64,000 bases of DNA, taken from contig OZ024740.1 of NCBI GenBank assembly GCA_964016885.1, positions 417,260,001 to 417,324,000 of the forward strand, read 5' to 3'. This document shows positions 15,001 to 27,000 of the stretch, piece after piece. Under the pieces are notes generated by a model that saw only the letters and a list, made by a program, of their open reading frames with translations, was not told the DNA's origin and searched no databases. The first letter of the stretch is position 1. Each line of letters opens with the position of its first letter. This DNA is from Eledone cirrhosa. Taxonomy: Eukaryota. Made by a program: the position numbers and the translations under genes.

Positions 15001-18000
15001 GTAATAATGGATATTCTGTCCTATTGTTGTTGACATTCAGTAGTAATGGAGATTGTCCTATTGTTGTTGACATTCAGTAGTAATGAAGATTGTGTCCTAT
15101 TGTTGTTGACATTCAGTAGTAATGGAGATTCTGTCCTATTGTTGTTGACATTCAGTAGTAATGGAGATTTTGTCCTATTGTTGTTGACATTCAGTAGTAA
15201 TGGAGATTGTCCTATTGTTGTTGACATTCAGTAGTAATGGAGATTGTATCCTATTGTTGTTGACATTCAGTAGTAATGGAGATAATGTCCTATTGTTGTT
15301 GACATTCAGTAGTAATAGAGATTCTGTTCTATTGTTGTTGACATTCAGTAGTAATAGAGATTCTGTCCGATTATTGTTGACATTCAGTAGTAATGAAGAT
15401 TGTGTCCTATTGTTGTTGACATTCAGTCGTAATGGAGATTCTGTCCTATTGCTGTTGACATTCAGTAGTAATGGAGATTCTGTCCTATTGTTGTTGACAT
15501 TCAGTAGTAATAGAGATTCTGTCCGATTATTGTTGACATTCAGTAGTAATGAAGATTGTGTCCTATTGTTGTTGACATTCAGTCTTAATGGAGATTCTGT
15601 CCTATTATTGTTGACATTCAGTAGTAATGGAGATTCTGTCCTATTGTTGTTGACATTCAGTAGTAATGGAGATTCTGTCCTATTGTTGACATTTAGTAGT
15701 AATGGAGATTCTCTCCTATTGTTGTTGACATTCAGTAGTAATGGAGATTATGTCCTATTGTTGTTGACATTCAGTAGTAATGGAGATTCTGTCCTATTGT
15801 TGTTGACATTCAGTAGTAATGAAGATTGTGTCCTATTGTTGTTGACATTCAGTAGTAATGGAGATTCTGTCCTATTGTTGTTGACATTCAGTAGTAATGG
15901 AGATTTTGTCCTATTGTTGTTGACATTCAGTAGTAATGGAGATTGTCCTATTGTCGTTGACATTCAGTAGTAATGGAGATTGCATCCTATTGTTTTTCAC
16001 ATTCAGTAGTAATGGAGATTGTGTCCTATGTTGTTGACATTCAGTAGTAATGGAGATTCTGTCCTATTGTTGACATTTAGTAGTAATGGAGATTCTGTCC
16101 TACTGTTGACATTTAGTAGTAATGGAGATTCTGTCCTATTGTTGTTGACATTCAATAGTAATGGGGATTGTGTCCTATTATTGTAGACATTCAGTAGTAA
16201 TGGATATTCTGTCCTATTGTTGTTCACATTCAGTAGTAATGAAGATTCTGTGCTATTGTTGACTTTCAGTAGTAATGGAGATTCTGTCCTATTGTTGTTG
16301 ACATTCAGTCGTAATGGAGATTCTGTCCTATTGCTGTTGACATTCAGTAGTAATGGATATTCTGTCCTATTATTGACATTTCGTAGTAATGGAGATTCTG
16401 TCCTATTGTTGTTGACATTCAGTAGTAATGGAGATTGTGTCCTATTATTGTTGACATTCAGTAGTAAGGAAGATCGTGTTCTATTGTTGTTGACATTCAG
16501 TCGTAATGGAGATTCTGTCCCATTGTTGTTGATATTCAGTAGTAATGGAGATTCTGTCCTATTGTTGTTGACATTCAGTAGTAATGGAGATTGTATCCTA
16601 TTGTTGTTGACATTCAGTAGTAATGGAGATTGTGTCCTATTATTGTTGACATTCAGTAGTAATGGAGATTGTGTCCTATTGTTGTTGACATTCAGTAGTA
16701 TTGGAGATTCTGTCCTATTGTTGTTGACATTCAGTAGTAATGGATATTCTGTCCTATTATTGACATTTCGTAGTAATGGAGATTCTGTCCTATTGTTGTT
16801 GACATTCAGTAGTAATGGAGATTGTGTCCTATTATTGTTGACATTCAGTAGTAAGGAAGATCGTGTTCTATTGTTGTTGACATTCAGTCGTAATGGAGAT
16901 TCTGTCCCATTGTTGTTGATATTCAGTAGTAATGGAGATTCTGTCCTATTGTTGTTGACATTCAGTAGTAATGGAGATTCTGTCCTATTATTGACATTTA
17001 GTAGTAATGGAGATTCTGTCCTATTGTTGTTGACATTCAGTAGTAATGGAGATTGTGTCCTGTTATTGTTGACATTCAGTAGTATTGGAGATTCTGTCTA
17101 TTGTTGTTAACATTCAGTAGTAATGAAGATTGTGTCTTGACATTTAGTAGTAATGGAGATTCTGTCCTATTGTTGTTGACATCAGTAGTAATGAAGATTG
17201 TGTTCTATTGTTGTTGACATTCAGTAGTAATGGATATTCTGCCCTATTGTTGTTGACATTCAGTAGTAATGGATATTCTGCCCTATTATTGACATTCCGT
17301 ATTAATGGAGATTATGTCCTATTGTTGTTGATATTCAGTGGTAATGGAGATTGTATCCTATTGTTGTTGACATTCAGTAAGTAATGGAGATTGTCTCCTA
17401 TTATCGTTGGCATTCAGTAGTAATGGAGATTGTGTCCTATTGTTGTTGACATTCAGTAGTAATGGAGATTCTGTCCTATTATTGTTGACATTCAGTAGTA
17501 ATGGAGATTCTGTCCTATTATTGTTGACATTCAGTAGTAATGGATATTCTGTCCTATTGTTGTTAACATTTAGTAGTAATGAAGATTTTGTCCTATTGTT
17601 GTTGACATTCAGTAATAATGGATATTCTGTCCTATTGTTGTTGACATTCAGTAGTAATGGAGATTCTGTCCTATTGTTGTTGACATTCAGTAGTAATGAA
17701 GATTGTGTCCTATTGTTGTTGACATTCAGTAGTAATGGAGATTCTGTCCTATTGTTGTTGACATTCAGTAGTAATGGAGATTTTGTCCTATTGTTGTTGA
17801 CATTCAGTAGTAATGGAGATTGTCCTATTGTTGTTGACATTCAGTAGTAATGGAGATTCTGTCTATTGTTGTTAACATTCAGTAGTAATGAAGATTGTGT
17901 CCTATTGTTGTTGACATTTAGTAGTAATGGAGATTCTGTCCTATTGTTGTTGACATCAGTATTAATGAAGATTGTGTTCTATTGTTGTTGACATTCAGTA

Positions 18001-19897
18001 GTAATGGATATTCTGCCCTATTTTTGTTGACATTCAGTAGTAATGGATATTCTGCCCTATTATTGACATTCCATATTAATGGAGATTATGTCCTATTGTT
18101 GTTGATATTCAGTGGTAATGGAGATTGTATCCTATTGTTGTTGACATTCAGTAAGTAATGGAGATTGTCTCCTATTATTGTTGGCATTCAGTAGTAATGG
18201 AGATTGTGTCCTATTGTTGTTGACATTCAGTAGTAATGGAGATTCTGTCCTATTATTGTTGACATTCAATAGTAATGGAGATTCTGTCCTATTGTTGTTA
18301 ACATTTAGTAGTAATGAAGATTTTGTCCTACTGTTGTTGACATTCAGTAATAATGGATATTCTGTCCTATTGTTGTTAACATTCAGTAGTAATAGAGATT
18401 CTGTCCTATTGTTGTTGACATTCAGTAGTAATGAAGATTGTGTCCTATTGTTGTTGACATTCAGTAGTAATGGAGATTCTGTTTTATTATTGACATTTCG
18501 TAGTAATGGAGATTCTGTCCTATTGTTGTTGACATTCAGTAGTAATGGAGATTCTGTCCTATTATTGTTGACATTCAGTAATAATGGATATTCTGTCCTA
18601 TTGTTGTTGACATTCAGTAGTAATGGAGATTCTGTCCTATTGTTGTTGACATTCAGTAGTAATGAAGATTGTGTCCTATTGTTGTTGACATTCAGTAGTA
18701 ATGGAGATTCTGTCCTATTGTTGTTGACATTCAGTAGTAATGGAGATTTTTCCTATTGTTATTGACATTCAGTAGTAATGGAGATTGTCCTATTGTTGTT
18801 GACATTCAGTAGTAATGGAGATTGTATCCTATTGTTGTTGACATTCAGTAGTAATGGAGATTATGTCCTATTGTTGTTGACATTCAGTAGTAATAGAGAT
18901 TCTGTTCTATTGTTGTTGACATTCAGTAGTAAAAGAGATTCTGTCCGATTATTGTTGAAATTCAGTAGTAATGAAGATTGTGTCCTATTGTTGTTGACAT
19001 TCAGTCGTAATGGAGATTCTGTCCTATTGCTGTTGACATTCAGTAGTAATGGAGATTCTGTCCTATTGTTGTTGACATTCAGTAGTAATAGAGATTCTGT
19101 CCGATTATTGTTGACATTCAGTAGTAATGAAGATTGTGTCCTACTGTTGTTGACATTTAGTCTTAATGGAGATTCTGTCCTATTATTGTTGACATTCAGT
19201 AGTAATGGAGATGCTGTCCTATTGTTGTTGACATTCAGTAGTAATGGAGATTCTGTCCTATTATTGACATTTAGTAGTAATGGAGATTCTCTCCTATTGT
19301 TGTTGACATTCAGTAGTAATGGAGATTGTGTCCTATTATTGTTGACATTCAGTAGTAATGGAGATTGTCCTATTGTTCTTGACATTCAGTAGTAATGAAG
19401 ATTGTGTCCTATTGTTGTTGACATTCAGTAGTAATGGAGATTATGTCCTATTGTTGTTGACATTCAGTAGTAATGAAGATTCTGTCCTATTGTTGTTGAC
19501 ATTCAGTAGTAATGAAGATTCTGTCCTATTGTTGTTGACATTCAGTAGTAATGGAGATTCTGTCCTATTGTTGTTGACATTCAGTAGTAATGGAGATTTT
19601 GTCCTATTGTTGTTGACATTCAGTAGTAATGGAGATTATGTCCTATTGTTGTTGACATTCAGTAGTAATGGAGATTGTATCCTATTGTTGTTGACATTCT
19701 GTAGTAATGGAGATTGTGTCCTATTATTGTTGACATTCAGTAGTAATGGAGATTGTGTCCTATTGTTGTTGACATTCAGTAGTAATAGAGATTCTGTCCT
19801 ATTGTTGTTGACATTCAGTAGTAATAGAGATTCTGTCCTATTGTTATTGACATTCAGTAGTAATGGAGATTCTGTCCTATCGTTGCTGACATTCAAA
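1..19897. repeat. Minisatellite array A, 39-bp unit (36-bp variants), ~500 copies, runs off the left edge of the window
   Basis: Consensus TTGACATTCAGTAGTAATGGAGATTCTGTCCTATTGTTG repeated continuously; 36-bp variants lose one TTG; occasional 1-2 bp indels break the ORFs; array ends at ...gacattcaaatag near 19900. Confidence 0.98.
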
Positions 19898-20021
19898 TAG
19901 TAAAGACCTTAATTTTTAATGTGGTGCTGCCACAGTGGTATTTGTACTTTTTAGTAATGTCCTGCTGGTGTGGTTTCAAGTGGTACAGGATGTTAAGAGT
20001 TAAGATGTTTCATCATAATTT

Positions 20022-20075
20022 TATTTACTCTTTTACCTGTTTCAGCCATCCGGCTGAGGCCATGCTGGGGCACCG
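20022..20075 (-). mobile_element. 3' terminal fragment of a SINE-type retroposon
   Basis: tactcttttacctgtttcagccatccggctgaggccatgctggggcaccg is a near-exact reverse complement of 54599-54647; ends in an AAAGAGTA-type tail. Confidence 0.55.
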
Positions 20076-20324
20076 AAATTTTAGTTAAGTAATGTTCTAA
20101 ATATCAACTTACTAAACAAATTAATTATTTTACTGATTTCCTACAAATTTTTGGTTATTTTCAAAATGAATTGAAAGGCAGGCAATGTATTTCATTACAA
20201 TTATCTTTGATTAGATCTCAGACCTCATTTGCTTACTGAACAGAGTGGAACTCATCAGATTGGATCAAGAAAACAATGTTTCTATTGTTGGTACTATCTA
20301 CTGGTTCCATCTCCTGGCAGGAAG

Positions 20325-20440
20325 AGAAATGTGAAATAGAGTGTCTTGCTCAAGGACATAGCATATCGTCCAATCCAGGAATCGAGATCACAACCTTACG
20401 ATTGCGAATCAAATTCTCAAACAACTAAGTCACAAACCAT
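20325..20440 (-). mobile_element. tRNA-derived SINE head (decayed)
   Basis: Reverse complement resembles the SINE heads at 34457 and 47562 (B-box-like CTCGATTCC followed by tccttgagcaagacactctatttcacatt). Confidence 0.65.
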
Positions 20441-20480
20441 CACAACATATAATATAATATAATACAGAATTTGGTAAACA

Positions 20481-20910
20481 ATTCAGTATTCATGCCAATC
20501 CTGACCTATGGTCATGAATTTTGGTTAATGACCAAAAGAATACAATTGCGAATACAAAATGGAGTTCTTCCGAAGGGTCTTTGGAGTAACACTACTCAAC
20601 AAAGTGCATAGCTCGGAGATTAGAGAGTCACTCCAGGTAGAGCCACTACTTTACTGAATTGAGAGTTCACAGCTCCTATACTATGGGTATGTGATTAGAA
20701 TGTCTCAGGAAAGAATTGCTGGGCAGATTATATAGGCAAAACTATTTGGCAGGAGACCCAAGGGTAGATCCCCAAGCAAGATAGTTGGATAACATCCATG
20801 AACTTGGCTGGTCTCACTTGGGGATCCAACCAGATGGTTGCTTCTGACAGGACCCGCTGGAAGGAATGTTTGAGGACTCTGCCCCCACGACCCTCTCAGG
20901 AACAAGAGGA
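20481..20910 (+). pseudogene. RTE-clade LINE ORF C-terminal fragment (stops, frameshifts)
   Basis: Manual translation gives SVFMPILTYGHEFW..MEFFRRVFGVTLLNKVHSSEIRESLQVEPLL..SSQLLYYGYVIRM..GRRPKGR, the post-RT region typical of RTE LINEs; followed by a (GGA)n tract to ~20962. Confidence 0.8.
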
Positions 20911-21056
20911 TGGAGGAGGAGGAGGAGGAGGTGGAGGAGGAGGAGGTGGAGGAGGAGGAGGACTGCAATGTTTATCTTTCTGATTTATTTATTGACAATA
21001 CTACCAGTAATTTAATAGGGAACTGTTTTCTTAGTGAGAAATGGAAACCCAGATGA

Positions 21057-24000
21057 ATGGTCAGTTGTCATTTGGAGGTGGTGACAGGGATGACAGTGGT
21101 CAGTTGTCATTTGGAGGTGGTGACAGGGATGACAGTGGTCAGTTGTCGTCATTTGGAGGTGGTGACAGGGATGACAGTGGTCAGTTGTCGTCATTTGGAG
21201 GTGGTGACAGGGATGACAGTGGTCAGTTGTCGTCATTTGGAGGTGGTGACAGGGATGACAGTGGTCAGTTGTCGTCATTTGGAGGTGGTGACAGGGATGA
21301 CAGTGGTCAGTTGTCGTCATTTGGAGGTGGTGACAGGGATGACAGTGGTCAGTTGTCGTCATTTGGAGGTGGTGACAGGGATGACAGTGGTCAGTTGTCG
21401 TCATTTGGAGGTGGTGACAGGGATGACAGTGGTCAGTTGTCATTTGGAGGTGGTGACAGGGATGACAGTGGTCAGTTGTCATTTGGAGGTGGTGACAGGG
21501 ATGACAGTGGTCAGTTGTCATTTGGAGGTGGTGACAGGGATGACAGTGGTCAGTTGTCGTCATTTGGAGGTGGTGACAGGGATGACAGTGGTCAGTTGTC
21601 GTCATTTGGAGGTGGTGACAGGGATGACAGTGGTCAGTTGTCGTCATTTGGAGGTGGTGACAGGGATGACAGTGGTCAGTTGTCGTCATTTGGAGGTGGT
21701 GACAGGGATGACAGTGGTCAGTTGTCGTCATTTGGAGGTGGTGACAGGGATGACAGTGGTCAGTTGTCGTCATTTGGAGGTGGTAACAGGGATGACAGTG
21801 GTCAGTTGTCATTTGGAGGTGGTGACAGGGATGACAGTGGTCAGTTGTCATTTGGAGGTGGTGACAGGGATGACAGTGGTCAGTTGTCGTCATTTGGAGG
21901 TGGTGACAGGGATGACAGTGGTCAGTTGTCGTCATTTGGAGGTGATGACAGGGATGACAGTGGTCAGTTGTCGTCATTTGGAGGTGGTGACAGGGATGAC
22001 AGTGGTCAGTTGTCGTCATTTGGAGGTGGTGACAGGGATGACAGTGGTCAGTTGTCGTCATTTGGAGGTGGTGACAGGGATGACAGTGGTCAGTTGTCGT
22101 CATTTGGAGGTGGTGACAGGGATGAGTGGTCAGTTGTCGTCATTTGGAGGTGGTGACAGGGATGACAGTGGTCAGTTGTCGTCATTTGGAGGTGGTGACA
22201 GGGATGACAGTGGTCAGTTGTCGTCATTTGGAGGTGGTGACAGGGATGACAGTGGTCAGTTGTCGTCATTTGGAGGTGGTGACAGGGATGACAGTGGTCA
22301 GTTGTCGTCATTTGGAGGTGGTGACAGGGATGACAGTGGTCAGTTGTCGTCATTTGGAGGTGGTGACAGGGATGACAGTGGTCAGTTGTCATTTGGAGGT
22401 GGTGACAGGGATGACAGTGGTCAGTTGTCGTCATTTGGAGGTGGTGACAGGGATGACAGTGGTCAGTTGTCGTCATTTGGAGGTGGTGACGGATGAGAGT
22501 GGTCAGTTGTCGTCATTTGGAGGTGGTGACAGGGATGACAGTGGTCAGTTGTCATTTGGAGGTGGTGACAGGGATGACAGTGGTCAGTTGTCATTTGGAG
22601 GTGGTGACAGGGATGACAGTGGTCAGTTGTCGTCATTTGGAGGTGGTGACAGGGATGACAGTAGTCACTTGTCGTCATTTGGAGGTGGTGACAGGGATGA
22701 CAGTGGTCAGTTGTCGTCATTTGGAGGTGGTGACAGGGATGACAGTGGTCAGTTGTCATTTGGAGGTGGTGACAGAGATGACAGTGGTCAGTTGTCATTT
22801 GGAGGTGGTGACAGGGATGACAGTGGTCAGTTGTCATTTGGAGGTGGTGACAGGGATGACAGTGGTCAGTTGTCGTCATTTGGAGATGGTGACAGGGATG
22901 ACAGTGGTCAGTTGTCATTTGGAGGTGGTGACAGGGATGACAGTGGTCAGTTGTCATTTGGAGGTGGTGACAGGGATGACAGTGGTCAGTTGTCATTTGG
23001 AGGTGGTGACAGGGATGACAGTGGTCAGTTGTCGTCATTTGGAGGTGGTGACAGGGATGACAGTGGTCAGTTATCGTCATTTGGAGGTGGTGACAGGGAT
23101 GACAGTGGTCAGTTGTCGTCATTTGGAGGTGGTGACAGGGATGACAGTGGTCAGTTGTCATTTGGAGGTGGTGACAGGGATGACAGTGGTCAGTTGTCGT
23201 CATTTGGAGGTGGTGACAGGGATGACAGTGGTCAGTTGTCATTTGGAGGTGGTGACAGGGATGACAGTGGTCAGTTATCGTCATTTGGAGGTGGTGACAG
23301 GGATGACAGTGGTCAGTTGTCGTCATTTGGAGGTGGTGACAGGGATGACAGTGGTCAGTTGTCATTTGGAGGTGGTGACAGGGATGACAGTGGTCAGTTG
23401 TCGTCATTTGGAGGTGGTGACAGGGATGACAGTGGTCAGTTGTCATCATTTGGAGGTGGTGACAGGGATGACAGTGGTCAGTTGTCATTTGGAGGTGGTG
23501 ACAGGGATGACAGTGGTCAGTTGTCGTCATTTGGAGGTGGTGACAGGGATGACAGTGGTCAGTTGTCATTTGGAGGTGGTGACAGGGATGACAGTGGTCA
23601 GTTGTCGTCATTTGGAGGTGGTGACAGGGATGACAGTGGTCAGTTGTCGTCATTTGGAGGTGGTGACAGGGATGACAGTCGTCAGTTGTCATTTGGAGGT
23701 GGTGACAGGGATGACAGTGGTCAGTTGAGGTCATTTGGAGGTGGTGACAGGGAAGACAGTGGTCAGTTGAGGTCATTTGGAGGTGGTGACAGGGATGACA
23801 GTGGTCAGTTGTCGTCATTTGGAGGTGGTGACATGGATGACAGTGGTCAGTTGTCGTCATTTGGAGGTGGTGACAGGGATGACAGTGGTCAGTTGTCATT
23901 TGGAGGTGGTGACAGGGATGACAGTGGTCAGTTGTCGTCATTTGGAGGTGGTGACAGGGATGACAGTGGTCAGTTGTCGTCATTTGGAGGTGGTGACAGG

Positions 24001-27000
24001 AATGACAGTGGTCAGTTGTCATTTGGAGGTGGTGACAGTGATGACAGTGGTCAGTTGTCATTTGGAGGTGGTGACAGGGATGACAGTGGTCAGTTGTCGT
24101 CATTTGGAGGTGGTGACAGGGATGACAGTGGTCAGTTGTCGTCATTTGGAGGTGGTGACAGGGATGACAGTGGTCAGTTGAGGTCATTTGGAGGTGGTGA
24201 CAGGGTGACAGTGGTCAGTTGTCGTCATCTGGAGGTGGTGACAGGGATGACAGTGGTCAGTTGTCATTTGGAGGTGGTGACAGGGATGACAGTGGTCAGT
24301 TGTCGTCATTTGGAGGTGGTGACAGGGATGACAGTGGTCAGTTGTCATTTGGAGGTGGTGACAGGGATGACAGTGGTCAGTTGTCGTCATTTGGAGGTGG
24401 TGACAGGGATGACAGTGGTCAGTTGTCATTTGGAGGTGGTGACAGGGATGACAGTGGTCAGTTGTCGTCATTTGGAGGTGGTGACAGGGATGACTGGTCA
24501 GTTGTCATTTGGAGGTGGTGACAGGGATGACAGTGGTCAGTTGTCGTCATTTGGAGGTGGTGACAGGGATGACAGTGGTCAGTTGTCGTCATTTGGAGGT
24601 GGTGACAGGGATGACAGTGGTCAGTTGTCGTCATTTGGAGGTGGTGACAGGGATGACAGTGGTCAGTTGTCATTTGGAGGTGGTGACAGGGATGACAGTG
24701 GTCAGTTGTCATTTGGAGGTGGTGACAGGGATGACAGTGGTCAGTTGTCATTTGGAGGTGGTGACAGGGATGACAGTGGTCAGTTGTCATTTGGAGGTGG
24801 TGACAGGGATGACAGTGGTCAGTTGTCGTCATTTGGAGGTGGTGACAGGGGTCAGTTGTCGTCATTTGGAGGTGGTGACAGGGATGAGTGGTCAGTTGAG
24901 GTCATTTGGAGGTGGTGACAGGGATGAAAGTGGTCAGTTGTCATCATTTGGAGGTGGTGACAGGGATGACAGTGGTCAGTTGTCGTCATTTGGAGGTGGT
25001 GACAGGGATGACAGTGGTCAGTTGTCATTTGGAGGTGGTGACAGGGATGACAGTGGTCAGTTGTCGTCATTTGGAGGTGGTGACAGGGATGACAGTGGTC
25101 AGTTGTCATTTGGAGGTGGTGACAGGGATGACAGTGGTCAGTTGTCGTCATTTGGAGGTGGTGACAGGGATGACAGTGGTCAGTTGTCGTCATTTGGAGG
25201 TGGTGACAGGGATGACAGTCGTCAGTTGTCATTTGGAGGTGGTGACAGGGATGACAGTGGTCAGTTGAGGTCATTTGGAGGTGGTGACAGGGAAGACAGT
25301 GGTCAGTTGAGGTCATTTGGAGGTGGTGACAGGGATGACAGTGGTCAGTTGTCGTCATTTGGAGGTGGTGACATGGATGACAGTGGTCAGTTGTCGTCAT
25401 TTGGAGGTGGTGACAGGGATGACAGTGGTCAGTTGTCATTTGGAGGTGGTGACAGGGATGACAGTGGTCAGTTGTCGTCATTTGGAGGTGGTGACAGGGA
25501 TGACAGTGGTCAGTTGTCGTCATTTGGAGGTGGTGACAGGAATGACAGTGGTCAGTTGTCATTTGGAGGTGGTGACAGTGATGACAGTGGTCAGTTGTCA
25601 TTTGGAGGTGGTGACAGGGATGACAGTGGTCAGTTGTCGTCATTTGGAGGTGGTGACAGGGATGACAGTGGTCAGTTGTCGTCATTTGGAGGTGGTGACA
25701 GGGATGACAGTGGTCAGTTGAGGTCATTTGGAGGTGGTGACAGGGTGACAGTGGTCAGTTGTCGTCATCAGGAGGTGGTGACAGGGATGACAGTGGTCAG
25801 TTGTCATTTGGAGGTGGTGACAGGGATGACAGTGGTCAGTTGTCGTCATTTGGAGGTGGTGACAGGGATGACAGTGGTCAGTTGTCATTTGGAGGTGGTG
25901 ACAGGGATGACAGTGGTCAGTTGTCGTCATTTGGAGGTGGTGACAGGGATGACAGTGGTCAGTTGTCATTTGGAGGTGGTGACAGGGATGACAGTGGTCA
26001 GTTGTCGTCATTTGGAGGTGGTGACAGGGATGACAGTGGTCAGTTGTCATTTGGAGGTGGTGACAGGGATGACAGTGGTCAGTTGTCGTCATTTGGAGGT
26101 GGTGACAGGGATGACAGTGGTCAGTTGTCGTCATTTGGAGGTGGTGACAGGGATGACAGTGGTCAGTTGTCGTCATTTGGAGGTGGTGACAGGGATGACA
26201 GTGGTCAGTTGTCATTTGGAGGTGGTGACAGGGATGACAGTGGTCAGTTGTCATTTGGAGGTGGTGACAGGGATGACAGTGGTCAGTTGTCATTTGGAGG
26301 TGGTGACAGGGATGACAGTGGTCAGTTGTCATTTGGAGGTGGTGACAGGGATGACAGTGGTCAGTTGTCGTCATTTGGAGGTGGTGACAGGGGTCAGTTG
26401 TCGTCATTTGGAGGTGGTGACAGGGATGAGTGGTCAGTTGAGGTCATTTGGAGGTGGTGACAGGGATGACAGTGGTCAGTTGTCATCATTTGGAGGTGGT
26501 GACAGGGATGACAGTGGTCAGTTGTCGTCATTTGGAGGTGGTGACAGGGATGACAGTGGTCAGTTGTCGTCATTTGGAGGTGGTGACAGGGATGACAGTG
26601 GTCAGTTGAGGTCATTTGGAGGTGGTGACGTATGAGTGGTCAGTTGTCATCATTTGGAGGTGGTGACAGGGATGACAGTGGTCAGTTGAGGCCATTTGGA
26701 GGTGGTGACAGGGATGACAGTGGTCAGTTGTCGTCATTTGGAGGTGGTGACAGGGATGAGTGGTCAGTTGAGGTCATTTGGAGGTGGTGACGGATGACAG
26801 TGGTCAGTTGAGGTCATTTGGAGGTGGTGACGGATGACAGTGGTCAGTTGTCGTCATTTGGAGGTGGTGACAGGGATGACAGTGGTCAGTTGTCGTCATT
26901 TGGAGGTGGTGACAGGGATGACAGTGGTCAGTTGTCATTTGGAGGTGGTGACAGGAATGACAGTGGTCAGTTGTCGTCATTTGGAGGTGGTGACAGGGAT

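Noticed and set aside
17-19900. Long ORFs (LLLLTFSSNGDSV / NVNNNRTESPLLL repeats) as genes
   Set aside because: Open on both strands only because the 39-bp unit lacks stops; many 1-2 bp indels; no unique N- or C-terminal coding context.
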